64,000 bases of DNA, taken from the human T2T-CHM13v2.0 reference genome, Homo sapiens. A program made the position numbers and the translations under genes. The notes under the pieces are model-generated. The model was given only the letters and a program-made list of their open reading frames with translations, did no database searches and was not told where the DNA came from. The DNA lies in the NCBI RefSeq assembly GCF_009914755.1, contig NC_060933.1. The stretch is one strand, 5' to 3'. Positions 57,511-64,000 of this stretch are shown piece after piece (positions within the stretch are counted from its first letter, which is position 1; each line of letters begins with the position of its first letter).

Positions 57511-60500
57511 CAACCCGAATGGAATGGAATGTAATGGAGTGTAAGGGAATTGAATACAATCAATCCGAATGTAATGGAATGGAATGGAACGGAATTTAAT
57601 GGAATGGAATGCAGCGGAATGGAATCAAACCTAGTGCAGTGGAATGGAATGGAATGGAATGGAATGGAATGGAATGGAATGGAATGGAATGGATTGGATT
57701 CAACCCAAATGGAATGGAAAGCAATGGAATCAACCCGAGTGGAATGGCATGGAATGGAATGGAATGGAATGGAATGGAATGGAATGGAATGGTACAGAAT
57801 AGAATGGAATGGAACGAAATGGAATGGAATGGAATGGAATGGAACGGAATGGAATGGAATCAACTCGATTGCAATGGAATGTAATGGAATGGAATGGAAT
57901 GGAATTAACGCGAATAGAATGGAATGGAATGTAATGGAACGGAATGGAACGGAATGGGATGGAATGGAATCAATCTGAGTGCAGGGGAATGGAATGGAAT
58001 GGAATGCAATGGAATGGAATGGAATGGAATGGAATGCAATGGAATCAACTAGATTGCAATGGGATGGAATGGAATGGAATGCAATGGAATGGAATGGAAT
58101 GGAATGGAATTAACCTGAACAGAATGGAATTGAATGGAATGGAACGGAATGGAATGGAATGGAATGCAATGGAATGGGATCAACCCGAGTGCAGGGGAAT
58201 GGAATGGAATGGAATGCAATCTAATGGAATCAATCAATCCGAGTGCAATAGAATGCAGTGGAATGGAATGGAATGGAATGGAAAGTACCCGAATGGAATG
58301 GAATGTAATGGAGTGTAAGGGAATTAAAAAGAATCAATCCGAATGTAATGGAATGGAATTGAAAGGAAAGGAATGGAAAGGAATGGAATGGAATGGAACG
58401 GAATGAAATGGAATGGCATAGAATGGAATGGAATCAACCCGAGCGCAATGGAATGGAATGGAATGGAATGGAATGGATTCAACCCGAATGGAATGGAAAG
58501 GAATGGAATAAACCCGAGTGAAATGGCATGGAAGGGAATGGAATGGAATGGAATGGTACGGAGTATAATGGAATGGAACGAAATGGAATGGAATGGAATG
58601 GAATGGAATGGAATGGAATGAACCCGTGAGCAATGGAATGGAATGGAATGGAATGGAAGGGAATGGAATGGGTTCAATTCGAATGGAATGGAAAGGAATG
58701 GAATCAACCCGAGTGCAATGGCATGGAATGGAATGGAATGGAATGGAATGGAATGGAATGGAATGGACTCAACCCGAATGGAATGGAAAGGAATGGAATA
58801 AACCCGAGTGGAATGGCATGGAATGGAGTGGAATGGAATGGAATGGAATGGAATGGAATGGAATGGAATTAACCCTAATAGAATGGAATGGAATGGAATG
58901 GAATGGAATGGAAGGGAAGGGAATGGAATGGAATGGAATGGAATGGAATGGAATGGAATGGAATGGAATGGAATGGAATGGAATGGAATCAACACGAGTG
59001 CAGGGGAATGGAATGGAATGGAATGCAATGCAATGGAATCTTCCGGAATGGAATGGAATGGAATGCAATGGATTCAACTCGATTACAATGGAATGGAATA
59101 GAATGGAATGGAATGGAATGGAGTGTAAGGGAATTGAATAGAATCAATCCGAATGTAATGGAATGGAATGGAACGGAATGGAATGGAATGGAATGGAATG
59201 GAATGGAATGGAATACAATGGAATGGAATCAACCCGAGTGCAATCGAATGGAATCGAATGTAATGGAATGCAATGGAATTGATTCAACTTGAATGGAATG
59301 GAAAGAATGGAATCAATACGAGTGGAATGGCATAGATTGGAATGGAATGGAATGGAATCAACCCGAGTACAGGGGAATGGAATGGAATGGAATGCAATGG
59401 AATGGAATCATCCGTAATGTAATGGAAAGGAATGGAATGGAATGGAATGGAATGGAATGGAATGGAATCAACTCGATTGCAATCGAATGGAATGGAATGG
59501 AATTAACCCAAATAGAATGGAATGGAATGGAATGGAACGGAACGGAATGGAATGCAATGGAATGGAATAGAATGGAATGGAACGGAACGGAACGGAATGG
59601 AATGGAATGGAATGGAATGGAATGGAATGGAATCAACGCGAGTGCAGGGAAATGGAATGGTATGGAATGCAATGGAATGGAATCTTCCGGAATGGAATGG
59701 AATGGAATGGAATGGCATGAAATGCAATGGATTCAACTCGATTGCAATGGAATGGAATAGAATGGAATGGAATGGAATGGAATGGAATTAACCCGAATAG
59801 AATGGAATGGAATGGAATGGAACGGAATGGAACGGAATGGAATGGAATGGAATGGAATGGAATGGTATGGAATGGAATGGAATGGAATCAACCCGAGTGC
59901 AATTGAATGGAGTGGAATGGAATGGAATGGAATGGAACAACCCGAATGGAATGGAATGTAATGGAGAGTAAGGGAGTTGAATAGAATCAGTCCGAATGTA
60001 ATGGAATGGAATGCAACGGAATGTAATGGAATGGAATGGAATGGAATGGAATGGAATCAACCCGAGTACAATGGAATGGAATGGAATGGAATGGAATGCA
60101 ATGGAATGGAATTGAATGGAATGGAATGCCTTCAAACCGAATGGAATGGAAAGGAATGGAATCAACAAGAGTGGAATGCAATGGAATGGAATGGAAAGGA
60201 ATGGAATGGCATGGAATGGTACGGAATAGAATGGAATGGAACGAAATGGAATGGAAAGGAATGGAATGGAATGGAATGGAATGGAATGGAATGGAATGGA
60301 ATCGATACGAGTGGAATAGGAGGGAATGTATTCGATTGGAATGGAAAGGAATGGAATCAACCAGAGTGGAATGGAAGGGAATGGAATGGAATGGAAACTA
60401 ATAGAATGGAATCAACCCGAGTGGAATGGAATGGAAAGGACTGGAATGGAATGGAATGGAATGGAATGGAATGGAATGGAATCAACTCGATTGTAATAGA

Positions 60501-60999
60501 ATGGAATGGAATGGAATGGAATGGAATGGAATGGAATGGCATGGAATGGAATTAACCCGAATAAAATGGAATGGAATGGGATGGAACCGAATGGAGTGGA
60601 ATGGAATGGAATCAACCCGAGTGCAGGGGAATGGAATGGAATGGAATGCAATGGAATGGAATCATCCGGAATGGAATGGAATGGAATGGAATGCAAAGCA
60701 ATTGAATCAACTCGATTGCAATGGAATGGAATGGAATGGAAAGGAATAGAATGGAATCAACCCGAGTGGAATGGAATTGAAAGGACTGGAATGGAGTGGA
60801 ATGGAATGGAATGGAATGGAATGCAATCAACTCGATTGGAATGGAATGGAATGGAATGGAATGGAATGGAAAGGAATGGAATCAACTCGATTGCAATCGA
60901 ATGGATTGGAATGGAATTAACCCGAATAGAATGGAATGGAATGGAATGGAACGGAACGGAATGGAATGGAATGGAATGGAATGAAATGGAACGGAACGG

Positions 61000-63900
61000 A
61001 ACGGAACGGAATGGAATGGAATGGAATGGAATGGAATGGAAAGGAATCAACGCGAGTGCAGGGGAATGGAATGGAATGGAATGCAATGGAATGGAATCTT
61101 CCGGAATGGAATGGAGTGGAATGGAATGGAATGAAATGCAATGGATTCAACTCGATTGCAATGGAATGGAATGGAATGGAATGGAATAGAATGAAATGCA
61201 ATGGATTCAACTCGATTGTAATGGAATGGAATAGATTGGAATGGAATGGAATGGAATGGAATGGAATGGAATGGAATTAACCCGAATAGAATGGAATGGA
61301 ATGGAATGGAACGGAATGGAACGGAATGGAATGGAATGGAATGGAATGGAATGGTATGGAATGGAATGGAATTGTACGGAATAGAATGGAATGGAACGAA
61401 TTGTAATGGAATGGAATTGAATGGAATGGAATGGAATGGAATGGAATGGAATCAACGCGAGTGCAGGGGAATGTAATGGAACGGAATGCAATGGAATGGA
61501 ATCATCCGGAATGGAATGGAATGGAATGGAATGGAATGGAATGGAATCAACCCGAGTGCAATGGAATGGAGTGGAATGGAATGGAATGGAATGGAACAAC
61601 CCGAATGGAATGTAATGTAATGGAGAGTAAGGGAGTTGAATAGAATCAATCCGAATGTAATGGAATGGAATGCAACGGATTGGAATGGAATGGAATGGAA
61701 TGGAATGCAATGGAATGGAATCAACCCGAGTACAATGGAATGGAATGGAATGGAATGGAATGGAATGGAAAGCCTTCAAACCGAATGGAATGGAAAGGAA
61801 TGGAATCAACACGAGTGGAATGGAATGGAATGGAATGGAATGGAAAGGAATGGAATGGAATGATACGGAATAGAATGTAATGGAACGAAATGGAATGGAA
61901 TGGAATGGAATGGAATGGAATGAAATGGAATGGAATCCTTCCGAGTGGAATAGGAGGGAATGTATTCGAGTGGAATGGAAAGGAATGGAATCAACCAGAG
62001 TGGAATGGAAGGGAATGGAATGGAATGGAAACTAATAGAATGGAATCAACCCGAGTGGAATGCAATGGAAAGGACTGGAATGGAATGGAATGGAATGGAA
62101 TGGAATGGAATGGAATCAACTCGATTGGAATGGAATGGAATGGAATGGAATGGAATGGAATGGAATTAACCCGAATATAATGGAATGGAATGGAATGCAA
62201 CGGAATGGAGTGGAACGGAATGGAATCAACCCGAGTGCAGGGGAATGCAATGGAATGGAATGCAATGGAATGGAGTCATCCGGAATGGAATGGAATGGAA
62301 TGGAATGCAAAGCAATGGAATCAACTCGATTGCAATGCAATGGAATGGAATGGAAAGGAATACATTGGAATCAACCCGAGTGGAATGGAATGGAAAGGAC
62401 TGGAATGGAGTGGAATGGAATGGAATGGAATCAACTCGATTGGAATGGAATGGAATGGAATGGAATGGAATGGAATGGAATGGAATTAACCCGAATAGAA
62501 TGGAATGGAATGGAATGGAACGGAACGGAAGGGAACGGAACGGAACGGAATGGAATGGAATGGAATGGAATGGAATGGAATGGAATGGAATGAACGCGAC
62601 TACAGGGGAATGGAATGGAATGGAAAGCAATGGAATGGATTCAACTTGAATGGAATGGAAAGAATGGAATCAACACCAGTGGAATGGCATGGATTGGAAT
62701 GGAATGGAATGGAATCAACCCGAGTACAGGGGAAAGGAATGGAATGGAATGCAATGGAATGGAATCATCCGTAATGGAATGGAAAGGCATGGAATGGAAT
62801 GGAATGGAATGGAATGGAATGGCATGGAATCAACTCGATTGCAATCGAATGGAATGGAATGGAATTATCCCGAATAGAATGGAATGGAATGGAATGGAAC
62901 AGAACGGAACGGAATGGAATGGAATGGAATGGAATGGAATGGAATGGAATGGAATGGAACGGAAAGGAATTGAATGGAATGGAATGGAATGGAATGGAAT
63001 GGAATGGAAAGGAATCAACGCGAGTGCAGGGGAATGGAATGGAATGGAATGCAATGGAATGGAATATTCCGGAATGGAATGGAGTGGAATGGAATGGAAT
63101 GAAATGCAATGGATTCAACTCGATTGCAATGGAATGGAATGGAATGGAATGGAATGGAATGAAATGCAATGGATTCAACTCGATTGCAATGGAATGGAAT
63201 AGATTGGAATGGAATGGAATGGAATGGAATGGAATGGAATTAACCCGAATAGAATGGAATGGAATGGAATGGAACGGAATGGAACGGAATGGAATGGAAT
63301 GGAATGGAATGGAATGGTATGGAATGGAATGGAATGGTACGGAATAGAATGGAATGGAACGAATTGTAATGGAATGGAATTGAATGGAATGGAATGGAAT
63401 GGAATGGAATGGAATCAACGCGAGTGCAGGGGAATGTAATGGAACGGAATGCAATGGAATGGAATCATCCGGAATGGAATGGAATGGAATGGAATGGAAT
63501 GGAATCAACCCGAGTGCAATGGAATGGAGTGGAATGGAATGGAATGGAATGGAACAACCCGAATGGAATGGAATGTAATGGAGAGTAAGGGAGTTGAATA
63601 GAATCAATCCGAATGTAATGGAATGGAATGCAACGGATTGGAATGGAATGGAATGGAATGGAATGCAATGGAATGGAATCAACCCGAGTACAATGGAATG
63701 GAATGGAATGGAATGGAATGGAATGGAATGGAAAGCCTTCAAACCGAATGGAATGGAAAGGAATGGAATCAACACGAGTGGAATGGAATGGAATGGAATG
63801 GAATGGAAAGGAATGGAATGGAATGATACGGAATAGAATGTAATGGAACGAAATGGAATGGAATGGAATGGAATGGAATGGAATGAAATGGAATGGAATC

Positions 63901-64000
63901 GTTCCGAGTGGAATAGGAGGGAATGTATTCGAGTGGAATGGAAAGGAATGGAATCAACCAGAGTGGAATGGAAGGGAATGGAATGGAATGGAAACTAATA
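61000..64000 (-). repeat. ~1.96-kb tandem repeat in the inverted block (~61000-62040 matches ~62970-64000; second copy cut by the window end)
   Basis: ORF offsets of 1963 (61246->63209, 61421->63384, 61806->63769). Shared private variants include GAAAGCCTTCAAACCG, TGCAACGGATTGG and TGATACGGAATAGAATGTAATGG. Confidence 0.85.
63061..63075. promoter_or_regulatory. Heat-shock element motif variant gGAAtaTTCcgGAAt
   Basis: Differs from the other copies only at a spacer position, so the consensus is retained. Confidence 0.45.

Larger units (their letters stand above)
40410..58900. repeat. Sub-type B block (forward to 57490, inverted 57491-~58900)
   Basis: B modules lie on both sides of the strand switch (e.g. 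TCAAACCTAGTGC ~57625, TTAACCTGAACAG ~58110, AAAGTACCC ~58282). Confidence 0.7.
57491..64000 (-). repeat. Satellite III (HSat3) array in inverted orientation, (GGAAT)n on +
   Basis: From 57491 the + strand reads (GGAAT)n with GGAATCAACCCGAGT spacers, the reverse complement of the upstream array. It continues to the window end. Confidence 0.97.
59000..64000 (-). repeat. Sub-type A block, inverted
   Basis: GGAATAGGAGGGAATGTATTC at ~60313, 61947 and 63910, with GAATCTTCCGGAA and GGAAACTAATAGA modules. Confidence 0.75.

Noticed and set aside
57104-57863. Chimeric ORFs crossing the inversion (HSIPF-type to WNGME-type)
   Set aside because: A trivial consequence of the strand switch, with no promoter, splice or other coding evidence.
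23-63957. Hundreds of ORFs encoding poly-(WNGME) or poly-(HSIPF), up to 382 aa (26906-28054)
   Set aside because: The pentamer has no stop codon in any frame and supplies an ATG every 5 bp on the G-rich strand. The ORFs overlap in all frames and have no domain content. Poly-WNGME matches the peptide from (TGGAA)n in SCA31, but nothing here indicates translation.
1-64000. CRISPR-like appearance (recurrent CACTCGGGTTG motif with variable intervening DNA)
   Set aside because: The intervening DNA is itself CATTC repeat of irregular length rather than unique spacers, and there is no leader or cas gene.
1-64000. Assignment to HSat2, telomeric repeat, DYZ1 or a specific chromosome
   Set aside because: The dominant CATTCGATTC periodicity of HSat2 is lacking, TTAGGG occurs only as isolated single variants, and no ~3.6-kb DYZ1 period is evident. 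The chromosome cannot be determined without mapping.
57491-64000. Inverted block as a sequencing fold-back artefact
   Set aside because: It is not an exact reverse complement of the adjacent sequence and has its own variants and duplications. An assembly mis-join still needs excluding with reads.
57491-64000. G-quadruplex cluster or ETS-fusion GGAA microsatellite
   Set aside because: G runs are mostly GG with isolated GGG/GGGG, and the repeat unit is GGAAT rather than tandem (GGAA)n.

Overview
The whole 64-kb window is pentameric (CATTC)n/(GGAAT)n satellite DNA punctuated by the CACTCGGGTTG (= CAACCCGAGTG) spacer. This is the signature of human/great-ape Satellite III (HSat3) pericentromeric heterochromatin. 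I find no credible protein-coding gene, RNA gene, transposon or CRISPR array; the ORF track is an artefact of the stop-free pentamer (poly-WNGME / poly-HSIPF). The informative signal is architectural. (1) A single strand switch lies at 57490/57491, with 2-bp microhomology and diverged mirror arms. (2) There is a near-identical ~16.8-kb tandem duplication (~11551-28388 / ~28389-45226). (3) A second ~7.4-7.7-kb tandem duplication ends beside the inversion and carries an apparent templated insertion. (4) Two interleaved sequence sub-types (here called A and B) alternate in multi-kb blocks. (5) At least 15 perfect three-unit heat-shock elements (nTTCnnGAAnnTTCn) occur, all in sub-type A. (6) Every shift of the 5-bp register that I tracked is -1 mod 5. 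All comparisons were made by eye and from ORF-track offsets, so boundaries are approximate, and the chromosome and HSat3 subfamily cannot be assigned from the sequence alone.
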